Assembly (NCBI GenBank): GCA_009694045.1
Contig: SHVY01000007.1
Span: forward strand, 1,786-65,785
Direction: 5' to 3'
DNA length: 64,000 nucleotides
From: Alphaproteobacteria bacterium
Lineage (GTDB): Bacteria; Pseudomonadota; Alphaproteobacteria; SP197
Below are positions 1 through 12,233 of this stretch, one piece after another. Position 1 is the first letter of the stretch. Every line of letters starts with the position of its first letter. Below the pieces are notes generated by a model. It saw nothing but the letters and a program-made list of their open reading frames with translations. It had not been told where the DNA came from and ran no database searches. The position numbers and the translations under genes are program-made.

Positions 1-106
1 CGCGCGTCGAACGCCAAACGTAGCGCCGCTGCATCTCGGGTAGTCGCAATTCACCGCGCTCAATCATACCGACTAGCTCTTCGACGGTCGCTTCGGCCTT
101 GGCCAT
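1..106 (-). CDS. Partial N-terminus of a DUF262 (ParB/Srx-fold, GmrSD-N-like) domain protein; the rest lies beyond the left window edge
   Basis: The reverse complement of 1-106 translates to MAKAEATVEELVGMIERGELRLPEMQRRYVWRSTR. This matches the DUF262 signature (hydrophobic-x-x-G-x-L-x-L-P-E-F/M-Q-R-x-y-V-W). The ATG at 106..104 lies 2 nt from the Rieske gene stop. Only about 35 aa are visible. Confidence 0.3.
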   Translation of the reverse strand, partial: MAKAEATVEELVGMIERGELRLPEMQRRYVWRSTR

Positions 107-108
107 GG

Positions 109-1266
109 TTACCCCGTCAATTGCTTCGCCACCCACCGGGCGAAGTGGCGGTTGTGGTGTTCGAGGGTGGAGAGCGGCGCCGCTGCGGCGAAACGGCTGC
201 CGAGGTTGCGCTGGATCGCGGAGTTGGCGACCACGTCCTCGTCGTTGAAGCGGTTGAAGAAGGCGATCGCCCGGTCGAGCCGCGCCTGGAAGTCGGGCAG
301 CGCCCTCGCCTCGGGCCTGACGATGAAGTCGGCGAACAGGCGGATGCGCCCAGCCGCGACGGGGAACACCCGCATGTTCATCACCAGGTCCGGCTGCAGG
401 TAGATGAAGAAGTTGGGCAGGACGAAGACCAGGAGGAAGCTGGTCCGCTGCCCCTCGTCGAGGCCCGGCATCGGCGGAAACTCCATCCCCGGCACGTAGT
501 CCAGACCGTCCCCGCCCTTCACCCGCGTCTCGGGGCGCGCGGGCGCCCACAGGTAAGTGAAGATCCCGCCGTTGTCCCAGGTGCCGCTCGCCCGCCCCGG
601 ATAGTTGGCCTCGAACGTGTCCCGGTGCAGGCCGAGGTGGTGGTAGCACTCGCCGTTGTCCTGCATCACCTTCCAGTCCCACGGGTATTCGCCGCAATCC
701 TGGGTGGCGGCGGTGACCCAGCCGGCGAGGTCGTAGGCGGCGATCCGCGCGTCCACGGGCGCCAGTTGAGGTGCGAGCAGTTCGGCCCCTCCGTCCAGGT
801 TGACGTAGACGAACCCCTGCCAGACCGCGTGGCGGATCGGCGGCAGGGCGACCTTGGTCTTGTCGAAGGTCGGGTGCCTGTCCATTTCCGGCGCCGCCCA
901 CAGCCGGCCGTCCAGGCGATAGGTCCAGGCGTGGTAGGGGCAGGACAGAACCTTGGCGTTGCCCGAGCCGAGGCAGACCGACATCCAGCGGTGCCGGCAC
1001 AGGTTGGACAGCACCCGGAGTTCGCCCGCCAGGTCACGGACCAGCACGATCGGCTCGCCCACCACGTCCAGCGCCATGTAGTCGCCGGGGTGGGCCACCT
1101 GGTCGGCGCGGCCGACGCAGATCCAGCCGGCCTTGAACACCCGCTCCTGCTCCAGGGCGAACAGGGCGTCGGACCCGAACGCGGCCGGCGGCAGCGTCGT
1201 CCAGCCGGCGTTGCCGTCCGCCGCGATGGTCCGCAACGAGTCCAGGATGCCGTCCAGGTCGCCCAT
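109..1266 (-). CDS. Rieske [2Fe-2S] aromatic-ring-hydroxylating oxygenase, alpha subunit
   Basis: 385-aa ORF with the Rieske motif CRHRWMSVC...CPYHAW (CxH-x16-CxxH). Its C-terminal catalytic domain carries conserved His/Asp mononuclear-iron ligands (HHLGLHRDTF). Confidence 0.8.
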   Translation of the reverse strand: MGDLDGILDSLRTIAADGNAGWTTLPPAAFGSDALFALEQERVFKAGWICVGRADQVAHPGDYMALDVVGEPIVLVRDLAGELRVLSNLCRHRWMSVCLGSGNAKVLSCPYHAWTYRLDGRLWAAPEMDRHPTFDKTKVALPPIRHAVWQGFVYVNLDGGAELLAPQLAPVDARIAAYDLAGWVTAATQDCGEYPWDWKVMQDNGECYHHLGLHRDTFEANYPGRASGTWDNGGIFTYLWAPARPETRVKGGDGLDYVPGMEFPPMPGLDEGQRTSFLLVFVLPNFFIYLQPDLVMNMRVFPVAAGRIRLFADFIVRPEARALPDFQARLDRAIAFFNRFNDEDVVANSAIQRNLGSRFAAAAPLSTLEHHNRHFARWVAKQLTG

Positions 1267-1308
1267 GGCCGGGTTCTATAGCATCCCCCATCCCAGCCCG
1301 GAACCCGT

Positions 1309-3581
1309 GTGCTACCGTTCGCCGATTGCCTGGGGCGCCTCATGCGGCGCGGAGTTCGCTGGATCGTCGTGGGCGTCGCCGTCTTGGCGGTCGCCTTCGT
1401 CCTGTTCGAATGGCTGTTGCCGGCGATGCTCGTTCGGCTGGCCGAGAACGCGGCGGCCGAGGCCGGGTTTCCCGACGCGCGGGTCAGCGCCGTCGACGTC
1501 GGGTTCAACCGCACGACGATCGGCGAGATCGCGCTCGACGCGGGCGGCACCAACGTCATCGGTCCCGTCCACATCGACTACACCCTCGCCGACCTGCAAC
1601 GGCGCCGCGTGCGCTCGGTCACCATCACCGGGCTCGCGGCGACCCTGGACAACGCCGTGGTCCGCATCGCCCACCCGTCGCTGGAGATCCCCAGCGCCAC
1701 GGGGCGGATACGCGTCGATCTCGCCGCCGACGGCGGGCTCGCCTACCGGGCCGACCTCCAGGCGCCCTTCGTGACCGTGGTGGACGTGGCCTGATCGGCG
1801 CGACCCTGCACGCCACCGGCGACGGCACAAACCTGCGCGCGACCCTGAACGCGACCGGCCCCGGTGGCGCGCTGCTCGATGCCGATGCGACCCTACCCTT
1901 CGCGAGCGGGTCTCTCGTGGCGGCCCGCCTCGCCGTTCACATCCCCGACTTCGCGGCCCTGGGCTCGGCGGCCCGGGGGGCGCTGACGCTCACGGCCGAC
2001 CTGCGGGGTCGCCACCGATCGGGGACGCGCCCTGGGCGGCGGACGGCACGTTCACGGTGTCCCTGACCGGTGGCGGCATGGCCGGGGTCGCCGATGGGGT
2101 CGCCGTGGCGGCGCAGGGCACGATCGCCGCCGCCCGGCCCTGGCTGGAGATCTCCGCCACGACGCCGTGGACCCTCACGGGCACGGTCGCGGCCGACCTG
2201 GTGCCGGCCGAACTCGCGGCACTGCTCGGCGGTGAGCTCGGGCTCTCCCTAAATCCTTCGGCGGCCGATCCGGTTCGGCTCGGCGTCACCCGCGGGTCGG
2301 AAGGATGGCTGTTTCATGCCAACGGTCCCTTCGCCGTGACCAGCCGCGGCGTGCCGTTCGTCGCTGGCCGTATCGGCGCCGTATCCATGGCCTTTGACGG
2401 CGCCGGCTGGCCGACCGGAATCGTGATCGAATGGCTAGCCGCGACGGTGCGTGCCGTGGAGGTCGCCGGCGCCACGATCACGGAGGCGACTTTTAACCTC
2501 GATGCCGCCGGGTCGCCCCGGGACTGGACCGGCACGATCGACGTGGCGGCGGTCCTCGACCCACGGCTGCCCGACGGTATCGCGGCCGGCGCCCTCGGGT
2601 TCGCGGGCTCCGCCGAGATCGATGTCGTCGCTGGCGTTCTGGCCCTTCGCGGGCAGGATTGCGTCACGGCCACCGCCGATCGCGTCACGGCCTACGGCTT
2701 CGCGGCGGACGGCCCCTTGGACCTCTGCTTCCGCGACCTGGCGCTCGGCGTGGACGCTGCGCACGGCCGTGGCGCCGTTCGCGATCGCCGGGACCATGGC
2801 GACGGGGGACGCGCCCCTCGCGGTCAGCGCCGCGTTCGGGTCGATCGCCCTGGACCTCGACCGCGCGACGGCCGCGGCCCGGGTCGCCGGCGCGCCGATC
2901 ACCGTGACGGCGACGATCGACGATCCCACGGGCGCGCTGGCGATCGACATCGCGGCCACCCATGACCCCGGCCTCGGGGCCGGGCACGCCGACCTCAAGC
3001 TGTTCCCCGTGACCTTCGTGCCCGGCTTGCGCCCGCCCGATCGGCTGTTTCCGATCCTGCACGGCGTGGTCGCGGACGCGGCCGGCACCGTGGCGGCGGA
3101 CACGCACGCGGCGTGGAGCCGGTCCGGCCTGATCGGTGGCGCCACGGTCCTGCTCGACGGGCTGTCGGCGCTGATCGGCCCGGCCAAGGTCGATGGGGTG
3201 AACGGCGTGCTGACCTTCGATCGCCTGTGGCCGCCGTCCCTGCCGCCGGGCCAAACCCTGTCGATCGGGCTGATCGACGTGGGCGTGCCCTTGACCGACG
3301 GGCTGGTCGAATTCTGGATGGCGCCCAACGGCCGGGTCGCGGGTCTCGTGGGCGAGCGGCCCGACGGCCTGGTCGGCGCCGTCGATCCCGGGGCGGGCGC
3401 CGACGTGGTCACCTTGGTCGCCGACGTCAATGCTCAACGCATGGCCTATTACGCCGAAGTGGCCGCCGGCAACAACTCGACCATCGAGCAGGTCCAGGCC
3501 GTGGCCGGTGCCGAGCTGATCGAGCGCACCCCCGCCGGCCAGTTCGTCATGAACGCCGCCGGCCGCTGGATCCAAAAATAG
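1309..3581 (+). pseudogene. Large N-terminally membrane-anchored YdbH/AsmA-like protein (about 750 codons). It is disrupted by about three frameshifts, so it is either a pseudogene or the sequence here contains indel errors.
   Basis: Protein-like translation runs in frame 1 (1309-1794: TM helix then beta-rich repeats), moves to frame 3 at about 1800 (GLIGATLHATGDGTNLRATLNATGPGG...), to frame 2 at about 2050 (ORF 2057-2965) and back to frame 3 at about 2750 (ORF 2451-3581, ending WIQK*). No single frame is open. The architecture resembles E. coli YdbH (DctA-YdbH family). Confidence 0.45.
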
Positions 3582-3595
3582 GTTCTCCGCCACGT

Positions 3596-3657
3596 CCCTA
3601 GTGGTCCGACACAATCGCATGATTCCCGATCCTTGTGTTTGGGGCGGACCACTAGGG
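3596..3657. repeat. CTAG-bounded palindromic intergenic element, copy 1 (REP/MITE-like)
   Basis: ccCTAGTGGTCCGacacaatcgcatgattcccgatccttgtgtttggggCGGACCACTAGgg has a perfect 13-bp terminal inverted repeat. It sits 15 nt after the upstream TAG stop. A related copy lies at 23325-23385 and two more CTAGTG...CACTAG hairpins at 20685-20850. Confidence 0.6.
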
Positions 3658-3668
3658 TGTCGGGGTCG

Positions 3669-3697
3669 TTGACAGGCCGAAGTCGCCATCCTATGTG
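3669..3697 (+). promoter_or_regulatory. Putative sigma70-type promoter of secA
   Basis: TTGACA (3669-3674), a 17-nt spacer, then TATGTG (3692-3697), about 55 nt upstream of the secA ATG. Confidence 0.4.
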
Positions 3698-3753
3698 TCC
3701 TGACACGTGCCGGACGCCGGCGGTAAGCGCCCGGTAGAGCGGCGGGGCCTCTG

Positions 3754-6462
<2,709 letters not shown>

Positions 6463-6502
6463 CGGGTGCGCGTCCTCGGGAATAATCTCGGTTCGTAAAG
6501 GG

Positions 6503-6537
6503 TTTGACAATCCTCTCGTGCCTATCATATTGATAGG
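6503..6537 (+). promoter_or_regulatory. Promoter plus palindromic operator of the toxin-antitoxin operon
   Basis: TTGACA at 6503-6508. A perfect palindrome CCTATCAtatTGATAGG at 6521-6537 overlaps the -10 region (CATATT 6526-6531), immediately upstream of the toxin start at 6541. This layout is typical of antitoxin autoregulation sites. Confidence 0.4.
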
Positions 6538-6540
6538 TGT

Positions 6541-6876
6541 GTGGCGGATGCTGCTCCGGGTTACGTCACGACATTCCGTCTTACCTCGACCGTCGCAGAA
6601 CGGCGCGTTCGTCAAATCGCGGCGGACTCGGGTGCCGTGATCTTCGGCGACCATGCGCTGGAGCGTATGGCCGAACGCGACATCTTCGACGTGGTTGTTC
6701 TTCGCATTTTGCGAACCGGCTCGATCCGTGGGGACCCGGAGCAGACCCATCACGACGAGTGGAAGTGCAAGATGGTGTTGAAGCTTCGTGGTGGGAGGGA
6801 TGCTGGCGTCGTAACGATCATCCTTCATGTCGGGAAGCTGTTCGTGAAGACCGTGGAATGGGAGGACCCGCGATGA
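6541..6876 (+). CDS. Type II toxin, DUF4258-like (RelE/BrnT-like fold candidate)
   Basis: 111-aa ORF containing H-x3-R-M-x-E-R-x-I (GDHALERMAERDIF), the hallmark of DUF4258. It overlaps the downstream HTH gene by ATGA (6873-6876). It lies in a low-GC intergenic pocket with its own promoter. Confidence 0.6.
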   Translation: MADAAPGYVTTFRLTSTVAERRVRQIAADSGAVIFGDHALERMAERDIFDVVVLRILRTGSIRGDPEQTHHDEWKCKMVLKLRGGRDAGVVTIILHVGKLFVKTVEWEDPR

Positions 6877-7358
6877 GCGATTGGAAGGTGGGGCGGGCGC
6901 GCGGAGCGCGGCGCAAGGCGCCGCTTCACTACACCATGTGCGGCTTGGACGACGTCTTTTTGCAAAATGGGTACAAGCGCTACCTGACTCCAGAGGGCTC
7001 GGGTGTCGCGGTTGCCAATCTCGACGGTCTGCACCGGGCCATTGGCCTCCACATCGTGGCGCGCAAGATACTTCTGAGCGGCAAGGAGATCCGATTCCTG
7101 CGCACCCAGATGGATCTGACCCAATCGGAATTAGCGCGGCTCATCGGCTGCGACACGCAACAGATCGCACGCTATGAGAAGGGGGAAAACCGCATCCCGG
7201 GTCCCGCCGATCGGTTGCTCAGGATGATCTACCGGAACATTCTGGACGGCGAAATCGCGGTGCGAGAAATCCTGGAAGCCCTGGACGCCATGGATGCGAG
7301 GGAGAGCGGGCGTCAGGTGTTCACGTCAACCCCTGACGGCTGGCGAGCGGCGGCTTAG
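6873..7358 (+). CDS. MqsA/YgiT-family HTH (XRE) antitoxin with a degenerate N-terminal zinc ribbon
   Basis: 161 aa from the ATG at 6873 (MSDWKVGR...). The segment LTQSELARLIGCDTQQIARYEKGENRIPGPADRLLRMI aligns to the MqsA HTH (SRYEKG motif). The N-terminal region keeps only one Cys (HYTMCG) where MqsA has a 4-Cys ribbon. The ORF track merges it into a longer alternative-start ORF (6537-7358). Confidence 0.65.
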   Translation: MSDWKVGRARGARRKAPLHYTMCGLDDVFLQNGYKRYLTPEGSGVAVANLDGLHRAIGLHIVARKILLSGKEIRFLRTQMDLTQSELARLIGCDTQQIARYEKGENRIPGPADRLLRMIYRNILDGEIAVREILEALDAMDARESGRQVFTSTPDGWRAAA

Positions 7359-7446
7359 GTTCTTCACATACCGACGGTGCGCTTGCCCTATCCTCTACGA
7401 TGCGGTCGAGGTCGATCGGCGAAGAATCAACATTTGGGAGGACTCG

Positions 7447-8208
7447 ATGGGTCGCCTCGACGGCAAGGTCGCGATCGTGACGGGGGCGGGCCGGGGGATC
7501 GGCCAAGGCATCGCGCGGAAGTTCCTGCAGGAAGGCGCGCGCGTGGTGATCGCCGACAAGGTCACGGACCGGGTCGAGGCCTCGGCCAGGGAGCTGTCCG
7601 CGCTCGGCAACGTCGTCCCCGTTCCGGGCGACGTGACGGACGAAAACGTCTGCCAATCCCTGGTCGACACGGCGGTCGCGCGGTTCGGCAGGCTGGACAT
7701 CTGCGTCAACAACGCCGGCATCGTGCGGCCGACGTCGTTCCTCGACCACAGCCGCAAGGATTGGGACGACAGCATCGCCGTGATGCTGACCGCCGTGTTC
7801 CTGCTGAGCCAACGGGCGGCGCGGGCGATGGTGAAGCAGGGCAAGGGCGGGGTGATCCTGTCCACCGCTTCGGCCAACGGCCATGTCGCCGAGCGGAACT
7901 GCGCCGCCTACAACGCGGCGAAGGCGGGCGTCGTGCTCCTGACCCAGTCGATCGCGATCGAACTCGCCGACCAGGGCATCCGCGCGGTGGCGGTCTCCCC
8001 CGGCTACGTCGGCCCGACCGAGTTGATGATCGACGGCGGCGGCTCGCCCGATTTCTTCAAGGACATGGCGGCGCACGTGCCCATGGGCCGGATCGGCCGG
8101 ATCGAGGAGATCGCCAACCTGTTTGCGTTTCTCGCCTCCGACGAGGCGTCGTTCATCTCCGGTGCGTCCTACCTGATCGACGGCGCCCAGCTCTCCGAGC
8201 AGCGGTAG
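7447..8208 (+). CDS. SDR-family short-chain dehydrogenase/reductase
   Basis: Begins MGRLDGKVAIVTGAGRGIGQGIA, with a TGxxxGxG Rossmann motif, NNAG, and a Y-x3-K catalytic pair (AYNAAK). GGGAGG ribosome-binding site 6 nt upstream of the ATG at 7447. Confidence 0.85.
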   Translation: MGRLDGKVAIVTGAGRGIGQGIARKFLQEGARVVIADKVTDRVEASARELSALGNVVPVPGDVTDENVCQSLVDTAVARFGRLDICVNNAGIVRPTSFLDHSRKDWDDSIAVMLTAVFLLSQRAARAMVKQGKGGVILSTASANGHVAERNCAAYNAAKAGVVLLTQSIAIELADQGIRAVAVSPGYVGPTELMIDGGGSPDFFKDMAAHVPMGRIGRIEEIANLFAFLASDEASFISGASYLIDGAQLSEQR

Positions 8209-8268
8209 ACCGGCTATCGGGCGTGCCGTAGATTGCGTGTCCGAGCAGCCCGGTAACAGCGTGAGGCC

Positions 8269-8793
8269 ATGGCCAGGGTCGACTCCAGGGCAAGCACGCG
8301 CCTTCGCCCGGCGCCCCTTACCGTCGGCTGGCGCGAATGGGTCGCGCTGCCGTCCCTCGGGTTGCCGGCCATCAAGGCCAAGCTCGACACCGGCGCGCGT
8401 ACCTCGGCCCTGCATGCGTTCTACGTCGACCCCTACGAGGTTGGCGGTCTGCACCGCGTCCGCTTCGGCATCCACCCCTTGCAGGGACGGAAGGACATCG
8501 TCGTCGATTGCGCCGCCGACATCGTCGATCTTCGCCAGGTGACCGATTCCGGCGGTCACCGCGAGATGCGCTACGTCATCGCCGCGCCCCTGACGCTCGG
8601 AGACATCACCTGGCCGGTCGAAATCACCCTGACCAACCGTGACGACATGCTGTTCCGCTTCCTCATCGGCCGGACCGCCATGAGCGGCCGCCTGGCAGTG
8701 GATCCCCGCCGCTCCTACGTCATCGGCGCGCTGTCGACCGAAGCCTATGGTCGCCGCCGGCCGACGCCGGTTCGCAAGCGAGGCCGCGTATGA
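8269..8793 (+). CDS. RimK-associated putative ATP-dependent zinc protease (retropepsin-like, Pfam Zn_protease/DUF785 family)
   Basis: 174-aa ORF whose stop overlaps the rimK start (ATGA at 8790). It contains a conserved LDTGA aspartic-protease-like motif. Pairing with rimK is a known conserved arrangement. Confidence 0.75.
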   Translation: MARVDSRASTRLRPAPLTVGWREWVALPSLGLPAIKAKLDTGARTSALHAFYVDPYEVGGLHRVRFGIHPLQGRKDIVVDCAADIVDLRQVTDSGGHREMRYVIAAPLTLGDITWPVEITLTNRDDMLFRFLIGRTAMSGRLAVDPRRSYVIGALSTEAYGRRRPTPVRKRGRV

Positions 8794-9695
8794 AGATCGC
8801 CATCCTCGCCCGGCGCGCCAACCTCTATTCGCACCGTCGCCTGGTGGAGGTCGGGCGTGCCCGCGGGCACGAGATGCACGTCATCAACACGCTGCGCTGC
8901 TACATGAACATCACGTCCCTGCGGCCCGAGGTGCACTACCGCAGCCAGCGGCTGGAGGGGTTCGACGCGGTCATCCCCCGGATCGGCGCCTCGATCACGT
9001 TCTACGGGCTCGCGGTCCTGCGCCAGTTCGAGATGATGGGGGTCTATCCCCTCAACGAATCGGTCGCCATCGGCCGCTCGCGGGACAAGCTCCGCGCCCT
9101 CCAGCTCCTCGCCCGCAAGGGCATCGGCCTGCCGGTCACCGGCTTCGCCCACTCCCCCGACGACACCCAGGATCTGGTGCGGATCGCCGGCGGGACACCC
9201 CTGGTGATCAAGCTACTGGAAGGCACCCACGGCAAGGGCGTGGTGATGGCCGAAACCGACGTGGCGGCGACCAGCGTGATCGATGCCTTCCGCGGGCTCG
9301 AAGCCCATTTCCTCTGCCAGGAGTTCATCAAGGAGGCGGGCGGCTCCGACATCCGGGCCTTCGTCGTCGGCGGCAAGATCGTGGCGACCATGAAGCGCCA
9401 GGGCAAGGAGGGCGAGTTCCGCTCCAACCTGCACCGCGGCGGTTCCGCCAGCGTGGTCAAGATCACGCCCGAGGAACGCTCGACGGCGATCCGGGCGGCG
9501 AAGACCCTGGGGCTGAACGTCGCCGGCGTCGACATGCTGCGCTCGAACCACGGCCCGGTGGTGATGGAGGTCAACTCCTCGCCCGGCCTTGAGGGCATCG
9601 AGCGGGCCACCGGCAAGGACATCGCCGGCCAGATCATCGCCTTCATCGAGCGCAACGCCGGGCCCAACAAGACCCGGACCAAGGGGCGCGGGTGA
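8790..9695 (+). CDS. rimK: Ribosomal protein S6--L-glutamate ligase RimK (ATP-grasp)
   Basis: 301-aa ATP-grasp protein beginning [18 protein letters not shown], with an [13 protein letters not shown]... core. Translationally coupled to both neighbouring genes. Confidence 0.9.
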   Translation: MKIAILARRANLYSHRRLVEVGRARGHEMHVINTLRCYMNITSLRPEVHYRSQRLEGFDAVIPRIGASITFYGLAVLRQFEMMGVYPLNESVAIGRSRDKLRALQLLARKGIGLPVTGFAHSPDDTQDLVRIAGGTPLVIKLLEGTHGKGVVMAETDVAATSVIDAFRGLEAHFLCQEFIKEAGGSDIRAFVVGGKIVATMKRQGKEGEFRSNLHRGGSASVVKITPEERSTAIRAAKTLGLNVAGVDMLRSNHGPVVMEVNSSPGLEGIERATGKDIAGQIIAFIERNAGPNKTRTKGRG

Positions 9696-10759
9696 CCGCG
9701 GCTGCGTCCTTCGCCATCGGCGGCCTGGAGGTCGGCCCCGGCACCCGGGCGACCATCGACCTGCCGATCAGCCGCCTCTACAACCACACGCCGGTGACCA
9801 TGCCGGTCCAAGTCGTGCAGGGGACGCGGCCCGGCGCCCGGCTGTTCGTCTGCGCGGCCCTGCACGGCGACGAGATCAACGGGGTCGAGATCATCCGCCG
9901 TCTGCTGGCGGCGCCGGAGCTCGACGGGCTCGGCGGCACCCTGGTGGCGATTCCCATCGTCAACGTCTTCGGCTTCCTCGCTGGGTCCCGCTACCTACCC
10001 GACCGCCGCGACCTCAACCGCTCGTTCCCCGGCTCGCCCAACGGCTCGCTCGCCGGGCGCCTCGCCCACGTCTTCCTGCGCGAGATCCTCGATCGCTGCA
10101 GCCACGGCATCGATCTGCACACCGGCGCCATCCACCGGGCGAACCATCCGCAGATTCGCGCCAACCTGGACGATCCGGAGACCCTGCGCCTCGCCTGTGC
10201 CTTCGGGGTCGACGTGGTGATCAACGCCGGCGAACGCGACGGTTCGCTCCGCCAGCAGGCCGCCATGCGCAAGGTCCCGGTGCTGGTCTACGAGGCGGGC
10301 GAGGCCCTGCGCTTCGAGCCGGCCGCGATCGCCGCCGGGGTCCAGGGCGTGCTCGGGGTGATGCGGGCGCTCGCCATGCTGCCGCCGAACGGGGCGCGAG
10401 CCCGCCCGCCGATCATCGCCCGGTCCAGCATATGGGTGCGCGCCGCGATCGGCGGCATCCTGCGGACCGAGGTGCCGCTCGGCAGCCATGTCGAGCGCGG
10501 CCAGCGGATGGGCGTCATCGGTGATCCCTTCGGCGACAACGAGGTCGTCGTCCTGGCGAAGACCGCCGGTCAGGTCATCGGCTGCACCCATCTGCCGGTG
10601 GTCAACGCCGGCGATGCCCTCTTTCACATCGTCGACACGACCGGCACCAAGGCCGCCGCGGTCGAGCTCGACGCCGCCGACATCGTCGCCCCCGATTCCC
10701 AGGACGCCGAGGAAATCCGCGCCTTCGAAGCCGCCGAGCACAGCGCGATGTACGATTGA
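9692..10759 (+). CDS. Succinylglutamate desuccinylase/aspartoacylase (AstE/AspA) family zinc hydrolase
   Basis: 355 aa with a GTG start overlapping the rimK stop (GTGA). The HGDE zinc-ligand motif ([11 protein letters not shown]) is characteristic of the family. Frequently encoded with rimK. Confidence 0.8.
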   Translation: MTAAASFAIGGLEVGPGTRATIDLPISRLYNHTPVTMPVQVVQGTRPGARLFVCAALHGDEINGVEIIRRLLAAPELDGLGGTLVAIPIVNVFGFLAGSRYLPDRRDLNRSFPGSPNGSLAGRLAHVFLREILDRCSHGIDLHTGAIHRANHPQIRANLDDPETLRLACAFGVDVVINAGERDGSLRQQAAMRKVPVLVYEAGEALRFEPAAIAAGVQGVLGVMRALAMLPPNGARARPPIIARSSIWVRAAIGGILRTEVPLGSHVERGQRMGVIGDPFGDNEVVVLAKTAGQVIGCTHLPVVNAGDALFHIVDTTGTKAAAVELDAADIVAPDSQDAEEIRAFEAAEHSAMYD

Positions 10760-10767
10760 GGCGCCCG

Positions 10768-11232
10768 TCAATCCCAGCCGATGAAGTCCTTGAAGTCGGC
10801 AAGCTGGGACTCGAACCCGGAGAAGCCCGCCACCAGATCATCGCGGGCCAAGCCGCCCGTCAGGGTGATGTCGCCCTCGATATAGGGATCCCTCTCGTTG
10901 TCGAGGAAGGCGCGGCTCAGGCGGTTGTCGTAGTTCCACTGGTTGATCTGCTCGTAGCTCATGCCCGCCTGCAGGTTGAACCCGGTCCGCATGGTCAGGC
11001 CGGTGCAGTTGCCGCCCTCGGCGCAGTCGTAGAGGAACACGGTCACAGTCGCGCTTTGCATGCCGGTCTCGATGAACGGCTGGCCGTCCTCGGTGGTGCC
11101 GATGTCCGCCTTGTAGCCTGCTTCGGCCAACTCCGCCGCGATCCCCTGGGGCAAAACGTCGGTCAGACACTCGGCCGCGGCGGGCAGCACGGCGCCAAGA
11201 AGCAGGGCCGGCAACAGGGCGACGACGCGCAT
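10768..11232 (-). CDS. YbjN-domain protein with N-terminal signal peptide
   Basis: 154 aa beginning MRVVALLPALLLGAVLPAAA (signal peptide), followed by a YbjN-like fold region. The assignment is by family resemblance only. Confidence 0.55.
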   Translation of the reverse strand: MRVVALLPALLLGAVLPAAAECLTDVLPQGIAAELAEAGYKADIGTTEDGQPFIETGMQSATVTVFLYDCAEGGNCTGLTMRTGFNLQAGMSYEQINQWNYDNRLSRAFLDNERDPYIEGDITLTGGLARDDLVAGFSGFESQLADFKDFIGWD

Positions 11233-11269
11233 GATGTCCTCCTATGGTTCGGGTGCTGCGACGATGGTG

Positions 11270-12226
11270 TCACGCGATGGGGGTCCGGCCCATGGCGATG
11301 AACCGCTCGCGCCGGGCCTCGCGCAAGGGCTCGCCGACCGTCCCCGCCACTTCGGTGAACGCCCGCTCGATGGCATCGCCGAGGGTGGCGATCGCCACCT
11401 CGGGGTCGCGGTGCGCCCCGCCCAGAGGTTCCGCCACGACCCCGTCGATCAGGCGGAGCCGCTCCAGGTCCTGGGCGGTGAGCTTCAATGCCTCGGCGGC
11501 CTCGGCCGCCTGATCGGCGCTGCGCCACAGGATCGAGGCGCAGCCCTCGGGCGAGATCACCGAATAGATCGCGTGCTCGAACATCAGCACCCGGTCGGCG
11601 ACCGCGAGCGCGATGGCCCCGCCGGAGCCGCCCTCGCCGATGATCGCGGTTATGATCGGCACCCGCAAGGCCAGGCAGGTCTCGATCGACCGGGCGATCG
11701 CCTCCGCCTGGCCGCGCTCCTCGGCGTCGATCCCCGGATAGGCGCCGGGCGTATCCACCAGGGTCAGCACCGGCAGGCCGAAGCGGTCGGCCAGCCGCAT
11801 CAGCCGCTGTGCCTTGCGATAGCCCTCGGGCCGCGCCATGCCGAAGTTGTGGCGAACCCGGCCCTCGGTATCGGCTCCCTTCTCATGGCCGATCACCATG
11901 ACGGGGCGCCCGCGGAACCGGCCCAGGCCGCCCAGCAGCGCCGGGTCGTCGGCGAATCGGCGGTCGCCGGCGAGGGGCGTGAAGTCGCCGATCAGCGCCG
12001 CGACGACGTGGGAAAAATGCGGCCGATCCGGGTGGCGGGCCACCAAGGTCTTCTGCCAGGGCGTAAGCTTGGCGTAGGTCTGGCGCAACTGCCGTTCGGT
12101 CTTCGAGCGCAGCCGGCTGACTTCCTCGACGATGTTGATGCCGCTTGCGTCGCTGACGTGGCGCAGTTCCTCGATCTTGCCTTCCAGCTCGGCGATCGGT
12201 TTCTCGAAATCGAGGTAGGTCCGCAT
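11270..12226 (-). CDS. accA: Acetyl-CoA carboxylase carboxyltransferase alpha subunit
   Basis: 318 aa beginning MRTYLDFEKPIAELEGKIEELR, with the canonical AccA N-terminus and a GGSGGA carboxyltransferase motif. Confidence 0.9.
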   Translation of the reverse strand: MRTYLDFEKPIAELEGKIEELRHVSDASGINIVEEVSRLRSKTERQLRQTYAKLTPWQKTLVARHPDRPHFSHVVAALIGDFTPLAGDRRFADDPALLGGLGRFRGRPVMVIGHEKGADTEGRVRHNFGMARPEGYRKAQRLMRLADRFGLPVLTLVDTPGAYPGIDAEERGQAEAIARSIETCLALRVPIITAIIGEGGSGGAIALAVADRVLMFEHAIYSVISPEGCASILWRSADQAAEAAEALKLTAQDLERLRLIDGVVAEPLGGAHRDPEVAIATLGDAIERAFTEVAGTVGEPLREARRERFIAMGRTPIA

Positions 12227-12233
12227 CGGACCA

